Assembly: GCA_946494015.1 (NCBI GenBank)
Contig: CAMMBL010000002.1
Location: 1,379 to 65,378, forward strand
Reading direction: 5' to 3'
Source of the DNA: an uncultured Mycoplasmatota bacterium
Lineage (GTDB): Bacteria; Bacillota_I; Bacilli_A; RF39; UBA660
Length of the DNA stretch: 64,000 nt
The notes under the pieces were generated by a model. The model was not told the DNA's origin. It did no database searches and saw only the letters and a list, made by a program, of their open reading frames with translations. The position numbers were made by a program, and so were the translations under genes. Below are positions 35,556 to 44,178 of this stretch, in pieces. The number at the start of each line of letters is the position of its first letter. Within the stretch, counting starts at the first letter, position 1.

Positions 35556-36953
35556 ATGAAAAAGCATAATACACTTAAAGTTGTTATTATAACATTACTT
35601 TTATTTGCTTTATTAACATGGATTTTACCTTGTGCTACTTATCAAACTGAATATACTGAAGTTGGTAGATATCAAGTAGGATTATTTGATTTATTATCAT
35701 ACCAATCAACTGTTTTAGGATATTTTGGTTATGTAGCTTTATTTATTCTAGTAGTAGGTGGTTTCTATGGTGTTTTATATAAAATAGGTGCTTATAGAAA
35801 TATACTAGATAGTTTATGTAAAAAGTTTAAAGGTAAAGAAGCTATTTGTATAGTTGTTATTATTGCTTTATTAGCTATTTTAACTTCATTTGCGGGCTTA
35901 CAATTAGCATTGTTAATGGTTTTCCCATTTATTATTTCTTTAATTCTTATGATGGGATATAGTAAAGTCGCAGCGGTTGCTGTTACTGCTGGTAGTGTTG
36001 CTGTTGGTTTAATGGGTACTACTTTTGCATATAATACTGTTCAAGTATTACAACAATACTTATCTGTAGAACTTACTGATTTAATTTGGGCTAAGCTAAT
36101 TATTTTAGTAGTAGGAATTGTATTGTTATCTTTAAGTGTTTTAAAGATCTGTAAGAAAGAAAGTACTAAAAAATGTGATGATAAAGAAGATTATATTCCT
36201 GAAGTTAGTATTACTACTACAAAACAAAAGAAATGGCCTTTAATTGTAGTTTTAGATTTAATACTTTTAGTTACTATTTTAGGATTTATTTCTTGGACTA
36301 ACGCCTTTAATCTTGATATCTTTGATACTGCTACTAATGCTGTTACAGAATTTGAATTGTTTGGCTTCCCAATTTTTGGTAAGATTTTAGGAGCTGTCCC
36401 AGCATTTGGTTATTGGACTTTAGTTGAATTAATTACATTAATGTTACTAGCTATTATAATCTTTAAATTTGTTTATAAGATTAAATGGGATGAAGTATTT
36501 GATGCTTTTGGTAAAGGTGTAAAAAAAGCTTTAGTACCAGCATTAATTGTATTACTAATTTATACTTGTTTAGTTCTTACTACTTATGATCCTTATCAAT
36601 TAGTAATTTATAAAGTTATTTTAGGTTTAACTAAAGGCTTTAATATCTTTACAACAGGTCTTGTAATTGTTATTTCAAGTATATTTAATGGAGATCCATT
36701 ATATGCATTTTATAGTGTTTTACCATATTTTGTAAGTGTTATAACAGATACATCTAACTATCAATTAATAGCAGTTATGTTCCAAACACTTTATGGTATT
36801 ATTACACTTATTGCTCCTACTAGTATTCCACTTATGTTAACACTTGCTTATACCAAGACATCTTATAAAGATTGGTTTAAGTATATTTGGAAGTTATTAG
36901 TGGCTTTACTTGTGGTAGCATTTATTACCTTTACTATCTTATTATTAATTTAA
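35556..36953 (+). CDS. Polytopic membrane transporter, YfcC/DcuC-like (assignment tentative)
   Basis: About 12 hydrophobic segments. The N-terminus LLTWILP...Y resembles YfcC-family proteins. GGAAGGAGAG RBS. Confidence 0.45.
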   Translation: MKKHNTLKVVIITLLLFALLTWILPCATYQTEYTEVGRYQVGLFDLLSYQSTVLGYFGYVALFILVVGGFYGVLYKIGAYRNILDSLCKKFKGKEAICIVVIIALLAILTSFAGLQLALLMVFPFIISLILMMGYSKVAAVAVTAGSVAVGLMGTTFAYNTVQVLQQYLSVELTDLIWAKLIILVVGIVLLSLSVLKICKKESTKKCDDKEDYIPEVSITTTKQKKWPLIVVLDLILLVTILGFISWTNAFNLDIFDTATNAVTEFELFGFPIFGKILGAVPAFGYWTLVELITLMLLAIIIFKFVYKIKWDEVFDAFGKGVKKALVPALIVLLIYTCLVLTTYDPYQLVIYKVILGLTKGFNIFTTGLVIVISSIFNGDPLYAFYSVLPYFVSVITDTSNYQLIAVMFQTLYGIITLIAPTSIPLMLTLAYTKTSYKDWFKYIWKLLVALLVVAFITFTILLLI

Positions 36954-36965
36954 CTAATAAGATAT

Positions 36966-37004
36966 AGCTATTAAAATTAATTATAATTTTAGTAGCTTTT
37001 TTTT
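36966..37004 (+). terminator. Strong rho-independent terminator
   Basis: 14-bp stem (AGCTATTAAAATTA / TAATTTTAGTAGCT, one G-U pair) followed by T8. Confidence 0.85.
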
Positions 37005-37084
37005 GTCATTTTTTGGGGCCTTTTATTTCTTGATTACTTAGCTTAAATTTCTTTACAATATAAATAGATTGGAGGAATTTTATA

Positions 37085-39373
37085 ATGTTTTCAAGATTTA
37101 GTGAAGAAGCTCAAAAGGCTTTAATTTTAGCAAAGGCTGAGATGAATAATTTAAAACACCCATATGTTGGTAGTGAGCATTTATTTTTAGCAATTTTATC
37201 TATGAAAGATTTAGAGTTAACTAAGACATTAGCAAGTTATGGGATAACTTATGAAATTTTTAAAAAAGAATTAATTAGAATAGTAGGAGTAGGAAAAGAT
37301 GCTAATAATTGGTTTTTATATACACCACTTTTAAAAAGAGTTATAGAAACAGCAATTTTAAACAGCAAAGAAAAAGGCGAAGTAGAAGTTAGTGTTAATG
37401 AGTTATTTCTTGCTATTTTAGAAGAAGGAGAAGGTGTAGCAATTAGATTATTAATTGGCCTTAATATAGATGTAGATGAAATTTATAATGAAATTTTTAG
37501 AGAAGTTAAGATTAATAAAAAGATTTTACATAAAAAATTATTGGTAGAAGAATTTGCTATAAATTTGAATAAGAAAGTTGTTGATAATGAAATTGATCCT
37601 GTTATTGGTAGAGATGATGAGATTAAAAGTTTAATTGAAATATTATGTAGACGTGGAAAGAATAATCCTTTATTAATAGGAGAAGCTGGTGTTGGGAAGA
37701 CAGCAATTGTTGAGGAGTTAGCTAGAAGAATTATTAATGATAAAGTTCCGAAAGCTTTAAAAGGAAAGACTATTTTGTCATTAGCAATGGCTAATTTAGT
37801 TGCTGGTACTAAGTATAGAGGTGAATTTGAAGATAGAGTTTCTAAGATTCTTAAAGAATTAGAAGAAAATGATGATATTATAGTCTTTATTGATGAGATT
37901 CATACTATAGTTGGTGCTGGAGGAGCTGAAGGAGCGATAGATGCTTCTAATATTATTAAACCAGCTTTAGCAAGAGGAAAAATACAATTAATTGGAGCTA
38001 CTACTACTTATGAATATCATACTTTTATTGAAAAAGATAAAGCTTTAAATAGACGGTTTCAGTTAATAATGATAGATGAGCCTAGTGTTAATAAAACAAA
38101 AGAAATTTTAAAGAAATTAAAATCTTTATATGAGGCATATCATTTTGTTAGTATTAGTGATGATATTATTGATTTGATTGTAGAACTTAGTGATACATAT
38201 ATTTATAATTATTATCAACCAGATAAAGCGATTGATATTTTAGATGAAGTTTGCACTAAAGCTTCATTATTAGAAGGAAAAAATGATATTGAACTTTCTA
38301 AAATAAATGAAGAATTAAATAAATTACTTGCTGATAAGAAGAATGCTATTGTTAAACAAGATTTTGCTTTAGCATCTACTTATAAAGAACGGGAAAAAGA
38401 ATTACTTACTAAGAAGAATGATTTAGAACTTAAATTAATGGTGAAAAGAAAGCCTAGGAAAATTACTAGGGAGATGGTTGCTGATATAATTTATTTAAAG
38501 ACTAAGATACCAGTTTATGAAATAAATAAAAGTAGTAGAAAAATTATAAATAATTTAGAGAGAAATTTAAATAAGAAAGTTTTAGGTCAAGAAAAAATCA
38601 TAAAAGATTTATGTAATAGAGTAAAGAAAATACAATTAGGTTTTCAAGAGAAGCCTCATATTCAGTCATTTCTATTTTGTGGTAAAACTGGAGTTGGGAA
38701 AACACTTTTGGTTAAAGAATTTGCTAGTCTTTTATATGGTGATGCTAATTTTATTAGACTTGATATGAGTGAATATAAAGAGGCACATACAGTTAGTAAG
38801 ATTATAGGTGCTCCTCCTGGTTATGTTGGTTTTGATAATCATTTTACTGTTTTGGATACTATTAGGATGCATCCACATTCTGTGGTATTACTTGATGAGA
38901 TCGAGAAGGCAAGTAGTGAAGTAATGAAATTATTTTTACAGGTCCTTGATGAAGGAATATTAACAGATTCTCGTGGTAGAAAAGTTAGATTTGATAATGT
39001 TTTTCTTTTTATGACTACGAATTTAGGCTATTCTAAAGATTCTATTGGTTTTACAGAAAATAATAGCAATGTTGAAATTGAAGATTTTTTAGGTGTGGAA
39101 TTTGTTAATAGAATAAATAAAATATATTATTTTAATGATATAAATATTAAAGTTATTAACAAAATTGTGGAAAATAAATTAGAACTTTTAAAAAATGCTT
39201 TTAAAAAGAAAGATTTGCAAATAAAAGTTTCCCCAAAAATTGTGGATAAAGTTATAAAGATGAGCGAATATGAAAAATTTGGGGCAAGAAGGGTGGATAA
39301 AGTTATTGATGAAGTAGTTACGCCTGTTATTGTTGATGCTTGGTATAATGGCAAAAAAGAAATTACTGTTTAA
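37085..39373 (+). CDS. clpC: ATP-dependent Clp protease ATP-binding subunit, ClpC-like
   Basis: Clp_N repeats and two AAA+ modules (GEAGVGKTA / IVFIDEIH; GKTGVGKTL / VVLLDEIEKA). A TTGATT-18-TACAAT promoter lies at 37030-37059. Confidence 0.85.
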   Translation: MFSRFSEEAQKALILAKAEMNNLKHPYVGSEHLFLAILSMKDLELTKTLASYGITYEIFKKELIRIVGVGKDANNWFLYTPLLKRVIETAILNSKEKGEVEVSVNELFLAILEEGEGVAIRLLIGLNIDVDEIYNEIFREVKINKKILHKKLLVEEFAINLNKKVVDNEIDPVIGRDDEIKSLIEILCRRGKNNPLLIGEAGVGKTAIVEELARRIINDKVPKALKGKTILSLAMANLVAGTKYRGEFEDRVSKILKELEENDDIIVFIDEIHTIVGAGGAEGAIDASNIIKPALARGKIQLIGATTTYEYHTFIEKDKALNRRFQLIMIDEPSVNKTKEILKKLKSLYEAYHFVSISDDIIDLIVELSDTYIYNYYQPDKAIDILDEVCTKASLLEGKNDIELSKINEELNKLLADKKNAIVKQDFALASTYKEREKELLTKKNDLELKLMVKRKPRKITREMVADIIYLKTKIPVYEINKSSRKIINNLERNLNKKVLGQEKIIKDLCNRVKKIQLGFQEKPHIQSFLFCGKTGVGKTLLVKEFASLLYGDANFIRLDMSEYKEAHTVSKIIGAPPGYVGFDNHFTVLDTIRMHPHSVVLLDEIEKASSEVMKLFLQVLDEGILTDSRGRKVRFDNVFLFMTTNLGYSKDSIGFTENNSNVEIEDFLGVEFVNRINKIYYFNDINIKVINKIVENKLELLKNAFKKKDLQIKVSPKIVDKVIKMSEYEKFGARRVDKVIDEVVTPVIVDAWYNGKKEITV

Positions 39374-39397
39374 TTAATAAATTTATAGCATATAATT

Positions 39398-39438
39398 AAA
39401 ATAAGAGATTAGAATTATTATTCTCTTATTTTCTTTTT
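39398..39438 (+). terminator. Rho-independent terminator
   Basis: 11-bp stem AAAATAAGAGA / TCTCTTATTTT plus a T-run. Confidence 0.7.
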
Positions 39439-39489
39439 AATTTCTTGATGTTATAATATACTAAATTAGAAAAACAGGGATGTGATAAA

Positions 39490-40872
39490 ATGAGATTATA
39501 TAATACACTTACTAGAAGTGTTGAAGAATTTATTCCTATTGATAAAAAAGAAGTAAAAATGTATACTTGTGGTCCTACAGTTTATCATTATGCTCATATT
39601 GGTAATTTAAGGACTTATATAATGGAAGATATATTAGAGAAAACTTTAAATATGTTAGGTTACAAAGTTAAACGTTGTATGAATATTACTGACGTTGGAC
39701 ATTTGTCAAGTGACTCTGATAGTGGTGAAGATAAAATGCTAAAAAGTGCTAAAAGAGAACATAAATCAGTATTAGATATTGCTAAGTTTTACACTGATGA
39801 GTTTAAAAAAGATACTGAGAAACTTAATATTAAATGGCCTAGTATTGTTAGTCCAGCAACTAGTAATATAGATTTTTATATTAAGATGATAGATAAATTA
39901 TTAGATAGAGGTTATGCTTATAAAGCTGGAGGAAATGTGTATTTTGATACTTCTAAGCTTGAAGATTATTATATTTTGACTAATCATAAAGTAGATGATA
40001 TGGTTGTTGGGGTTCGTGAAGGGGTAGAGTTTGATAGTAATAAAAAAAATCAAGCTGATTTTGTTTTGTGGTTTACTAAGTCTAAGTTTGATTCACAAGA
40101 GTTAAAATGGGATAGTCCTTTTGGTGTTGGTTATCCTGGGTGGCATATAGAATGTTCTTGTATTGCTATTAAGAATCTTGGAGAATATTTAGATATCCAT
40201 TGTGGAGGAGTTGATAATATCTTTCCTCATCATACTAATGAAATTGCCCAAAGTGAAGCTTATTTAGGTCATAAATGGTGTAATTATTGGGTACATGGAG
40301 AACATTTAAATGATAAAAGTGGCAAGATGAGTAAATCTAAAGGAGATATACTTACTGTTAGTACTTTAGAAGATGCTGGCTATAATCCTTTAAGTTATCG
40401 TTATATGTGTTTAGAGTCTCATTATCGTAAACCATTACTTTTTACTTATGAGGCTTTGGGACAAGCCGAGAATGCTTATAAGAAACTTAAGAATAGAGTA
40501 TCTTTACTTAAAGATGAAGGAGAACTTGATGAGGTGATAGTTAAGACTTATTTAGATAAGTTTAAAGATGCATTATCTGATGATATGAATACAGCGATGG
40601 CTTTAACAGTTCTTTATGAAGTATTAAAACTTGATGTAAATGATAAAACAAAGAAAAGTTTAATTGCTAAATTTGATGAAGTTCTTAGTTTAGATTTGTT
40701 AAAAAGTGATATAATAGATATTGATAAAGAAGTAGAAGAACTTATAAAGAAAAGAGATTTAGCTAAGAAAGAAAAAAATTATGAAGAAGCTGATAAAATT
40801 AGAGATTATTTGCTAACTAAAGGAATAAAATTAATAGATAGTAGAGATGGTACTACTTATCAGAAAATATAG
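39490..40872 (+). CDS. cysS: Cysteine--tRNA ligase
   Basis: CGPTVY, HIGN (HIGH motif) and KMSKS. An extended -10 TGtTATAAT lies at 39449-39457. Confidence 0.95.
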   Translation: MRLYNTLTRSVEEFIPIDKKEVKMYTCGPTVYHYAHIGNLRTYIMEDILEKTLNMLGYKVKRCMNITDVGHLSSDSDSGEDKMLKSAKREHKSVLDIAKFYTDEFKKDTEKLNIKWPSIVSPATSNIDFYIKMIDKLLDRGYAYKAGGNVYFDTSKLEDYYILTNHKVDDMVVGVREGVEFDSNKKNQADFVLWFTKSKFDSQELKWDSPFGVGYPGWHIECSCIAIKNLGEYLDIHCGGVDNIFPHHTNEIAQSEAYLGHKWCNYWVHGEHLNDKSGKMSKSKGDILTVSTLEDAGYNPLSYRYMCLESHYRKPLLFTYEALGQAENAYKKLKNRVSLLKDEGELDEVIVKTYLDKFKDALSDDMNTAMALTVLYEVLKLDVNDKTKKSLIAKFDEVLSLDLLKSDIIDIDKEVEELIKKRDLAKKEKNYEEADKIRDYLLTKGIKLIDSRDGTTYQKI

Positions 40873-40881
40873 GAGGTATAG

Positions 40882-41574
40882 ATGGGATTTAGTTATGTTT
40901 ATATTAGTTATATTATGATTATAGTTGCTTTTCTTATTACTCTTGTTGCTGATATTTATCTTAGAACTAGATATAGTAAATATAGAAAGATAGAGGTTAA
41001 GAGTAAAATTACTGGTGGAGAAGCGGCTAGAAAAATTTTAAAAAGTAATGGTTTAGAAAATGTTTATGTTGTTGAAACTAAAGGATATTTAACAGATCAT
41101 TATGATCCTAGATCAAAAGTAGTTAGACTATCAAGTGATATATATAACGGTACTAGTATTGCTAGTGTTTCAGTGGCAGCTCATGAATGTGGTCATGCCC
41201 TTCAAGATAAAGAAGGATATTTTTTCCTTAGATTTAGATCTTTCTTAGTTCCTTTTGTTAATTTTAGTTCAAAATTTGGTTATTTGGCCGTTTTAATAGG
41301 TTTAATATTTGGAGCGATGAATTTAGCTTATTTAGGAATAGCTTTGTTAGTTATAATTTTATTATTTCAACTTATTACTTTACCAGTTGAACTTAATGCT
41401 TCTAAAAGAGGAAAAATGTTTTTAGCTAAAGAAGGTATTGTTGATAGTAGTGAAAAGAGCATGGCTAATCAAATGTTAATGGCTGCTGCTATGACTTATG
41501 TAGCTTCTCTTATTACTACACTTATGGAATTACTTAGATTAGTTCTTATGGTTATTGCTAATGATAGAGATTAG
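40882..41574 (+). CDS. Membrane zinc metallopeptidase, YugP-like (Zn_peptidase_2)
   Basis: HECGHALQD HEXXH motif flanked by TM helices. 230 aa. Confidence 0.75.
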   Translation: MGFSYVYISYIMIIVAFLITLVADIYLRTRYSKYRKIEVKSKITGGEAARKILKSNGLENVYVVETKGYLTDHYDPRSKVVRLSSDIYNGTSIASVSVAAHECGHALQDKEGYFFLRFRSFLVPFVNFSSKFGYLAVLIGLIFGAMNLAYLGIALLVIILLFQLITLPVELNASKRGKMFLAKEGIVDSSEKSMANQMLMAAAMTYVASLITTLMELLRLVLMVIANDRD

Positions 41575-41609
41575 ACTTATTAGTCTTTTTTCTTTTAGGA
41601 GGTGTTTTT

Positions 41610-41987
41610 TTGGATATTAGATGTATTAATTCTTTAGTACTTGCTTATTTAGGGGATGCAATTTATGAAGAATATATTAGAATATATTTAATTAATAATG
41701 GAATTAATAAAGTAAATGATTTGCAAAAAGAATCTATTAATTATGTTAGTGCTAGAAGACAAGCTTATTTTTTAGATAAATTGTTAGTGTCTTCTTTTCT
41801 TAATAACGAGGAAATAGATATTGTTAAACGAGCTAGAAATGCTAAAAGTCATGCAAATCCTAAGGGATGTAGTATAATAGAATATAAAAAAGCGACGGCT
41901 TTAGAAGCTTTGATTGGCTATTTAAAACTTATTGGCAATATTGATAGAATAGAGGAAATTATTAATTTTATAGTATCTTTAAAATGA
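41610..41987 (+). CDS. mrnC: Mini-ribonuclease 3
   Basis: LAYLGDAIYE RNase III-like signature, 125 aa, follows cysS as yazC does in Bacillus. TTG start after AGGAGGTG. Confidence 0.85.
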   Translation: MDIRCINSLVLAYLGDAIYEEYIRIYLINNGINKVNDLQKESINYVSARRQAYFLDKLLVSSFLNNEEIDIVKRARNAKSHANPKGCSIIEYKKATALEALIGYLKLIGNIDRIEEIINFIVSLK

Positions 41988-42000
41988 TAGGAGAAAAGTT

Positions 42001-42705
42001 ATGTTAGTATATGGAAAAAATGTTTCAGAAAGAATTTTAAAAGATGAAAATTTATGTAGAAATATAAAAACTATTTATACTGATGAAGTGTTTTTTAAAA
42101 AAAATAGTCTATTATTTAATAATTATTTGAAATCTAAGATAAAAATTAAACGAAATTTTGAACTTGATAATTTGGCAAAAGGGGTTCATCAAGGTATAAT
42201 TCTTGATATGGAGGACTATCAATATATTTCTTTAGATGAACTGGTACAAAAAGATATTGATTCTGTTATAATTTTAGATCATATAGTTGATCCTCATAAT
42301 TTTGGAGCGATTATTAGAACAGCAGTAGCAGCTGGAATAGATGCTATTATTGTTCCTAATGATAGACAAGTGTTAGTAAATTCTACTGTGGCTAAAACTA
42401 GTGTAGGGGCTATTTATGATATTGATATTGTATTAGTTACAAATTTAAATAATACAATAAAGAAATTAAAAGATAATGGTTTTTGGATATATGGAACTGT
42501 TATGAATGGGGAAAATTATACAAATATAGATTATAGTGGAAAAGTATGTCTTGTTATTGGAAATGAAGAAAAAGGAATTAGTAAATTAGTAAAAGAAAAT
42601 TGTGATTATTTAGTTACTATTCCTATAAGTTCAAAAATAGATAGTTTAAATGCTTCAGTAGCTGCTGGTATTTTAATATATGAAGTAGTCCGAAATAGAA
42701 AGTAG
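42001..42705 (+). CDS. rlmB: 23S rRNA (guanosine2251-2'-O)-methyltransferase, SpoU/TrmH family
   Basis: DPHNFGAIIRTA, LVIGNEEKG and SLNASVAAGI SPOUT motifs. Confidence 0.88.
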   Translation: MLVYGKNVSERILKDENLCRNIKTIYTDEVFFKKNSLLFNNYLKSKIKIKRNFELDNLAKGVHQGIILDMEDYQYISLDELVQKDIDSVIILDHIVDPHNFGAIIRTAVAAGIDAIIVPNDRQVLVNSTVAKTSVGAIYDIDIVLVTNLNNTIKKLKDNGFWIYGTVMNGENYTNIDYSGKVCLVIGNEEKGISKLVKENCDYLVTIPISSKIDSLNASVAAGILIYEVVRNRK

Positions 42706-42710
42706 GTAAT

Positions 42711-43283
42711 ATGAGACATAATGATTTTGAACTTTTAGATTTGATTATGGAAAATGATGAGATTGCATATAATATTATGCTAGATAAGTATAAACCACTT
42801 ATTTATAAAAAAGCTTTAAAATATTATAAGTATGTTATAAATAATAATTATAGTGGAATTTCATTAAATGATTTTATCTCAGAAGGATTAATAGCTTTTG
42901 ATAGTGCTGTTAAAACTTTTGATGTTAATAAAAACTATTTATTCTTTTCTTTTTTTATCGTTTGTTTAAAGTCAAGATTTAATATTATGTTACGATCTTT
43001 ATTTGCTAAGAAGAATAAACCACTTTTACATTATCAAGAGTTAGAGTTTGAAATATGTGATGTTAAACAGATTGATCCTTATATACAAATAGATAATATC
43101 TATACTAATCAAATACTAAAAAATTATTTAAATAATATAGATTTCATTGATAGCATTATTTTACAATTGAGATTAAATAATTTTAAATATCGTGAGATTA
43201 TAGATTTATTAGATGTTAATTCTACTAGAATAAATAGAGTTGTTAATAAAGCTAAAAAGAATTTAAGTTTCTATTTTATCTAA
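42711..43283 (+). CDS. Sigma-70 family RNA polymerase sigma factor, SigH-like by position
   Basis: 190 aa with a region-2-like N-terminus (YKPLIYKKALKYY) and a region-4 HTH-like C-terminus (YREIIDLLDVNSTRINRVVNKAKKNL). It follows rlmB, where sigH sits in Bacillus. Confidence 0.55.
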   Translation: MRHNDFELLDLIMENDEIAYNIMLDKYKPLIYKKALKYYKYVINNNYSGISLNDFISEGLIAFDSAVKTFDVNKNYLFFSFFIVCLKSRFNIMLRSLFAKKNKPLLHYQELEFEICDVKQIDPYIQIDNIYTNQILKNYLNNIDFIDSIILQLRLNNFKYREIIDLLDVNSTRINRVVNKAKKNLSFYFI

Positions 43284-43338
43284 ATAATGACCTTGTAAAA
43301 TAATTAAATTTACTATAAAATTATAATAGGTGATGCCT

Positions 43339-44031
43339 ATGCGAGAAAAAGTTGACAATTTATATAAAGAAACTTTAAAAGAGTGGTGTTCCAATTATCA
43401 TACTGATAATGAGTTTTTAAAAATGTTTTTTACAATGGATAATACTATGAAATATATTCATAATAATGGTTATTATATTACTAATTTTAATCCTAAAAAT
43501 ATTATTGTTGGTATCACTTCTAATGATGAAAATTATGTTATATTTAATAATTTAGATTTAATGGATGAAGATGTAACTAATAAAATTAATAATAATATAT
43601 ATAATTTGGCTTTTTTAGAAATAGGCCTTTTGTCTGAAACCTTAGATTATTTACGACCAGATTTTCTTAAAGCAAACTTTTCGCAGTTTAAGGTATTTAT
43701 TCCAGATAATTTAGTAGATTATTATAAGAGAGTTTTGGTTAATCAAGGACATTTTTATCTTACTGATTATTTAGAAACTAAAAATAAAAAAGAAATGGCT
43801 AAACTTTCTAAGAGTTTAGATGATGAAAATAAAGGAAGTAGTCAAGGACATAGTTATGTTAAAACGACAGGTCATTATAGTAAAGAGGATAATAATTTGA
43901 TGGAGTTAGCTTTACCACAAAAAAAGGATAATGATATAGCTGCTTTTGTTACAAATTATGCTTTAGCTTTCGTTATAATTGCTAGTAGTTTATTAATACC
44001 TATAATAGCTTTCTTATTAGGACAAAGATAG
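43339..44031 (+). CDS. Hypothetical C-terminally membrane-anchored protein with a degenerate kinase-like segment
   Basis: GGTGA RBS before the ATG at 43339. MKYIHNNGYYITNFNPKNIIV resembles a protein-kinase catalytic loop lacking the Asp. A C-terminal TM helix is present. Confidence 0.5.
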   Translation: MREKVDNLYKETLKEWCSNYHTDNEFLKMFFTMDNTMKYIHNNGYYITNFNPKNIIVGITSNDENYVIFNNLDLMDEDVTNKINNNIYNLAFLEIGLLSETLDYLRPDFLKANFSQFKVFIPDNLVDYYKRVLVNQGHFYLTDYLETKNKKEMAKLSKSLDDENKGSSQGHSYVKTTGHYSKEDNNLMELALPQKKDNDIAAFVTNYALAFVIIASSLLIPIIAFLLGQR

Positions 44032-44035
44032 GATG

Positions 44036-44069
44036 AAAAGAAATAACTTAATATGTTTATTTCTTTTTT
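44036..44069 (+). terminator. Rho-independent terminator
   Basis: 11-bp stem AAAAGAAATAA / TTATTTCTTTT plus Ts. Confidence 0.7.
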
Positions 44070-44087
44070 GCTTTATAGAAACTTTGT

Positions 44088-44116
44088 TTGACTATATATA
44101 GAGTTTATGTTATATT
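44088..44116 (+). promoter_or_regulatory. Sigma-A-type promoter TTGACT-17-TATATT upstream of uvrA
   Basis: Read directly. Confidence 0.6.
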
Positions 44117-44178
44117 TTGGTAGTAGGAAAAAGAGAATTTTATGTTATAATAATAAGCGTTTTAAGGAAGTGGTATTT

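Noticed and set aside
44117-44178. Possible LexA/Cheo SOS box (GAAC-N4-GTTC) upstream of uvrA
   Set aside because: Only a poor partial match (GAATTTTATGTT) was seen, with no convincing palindrome.
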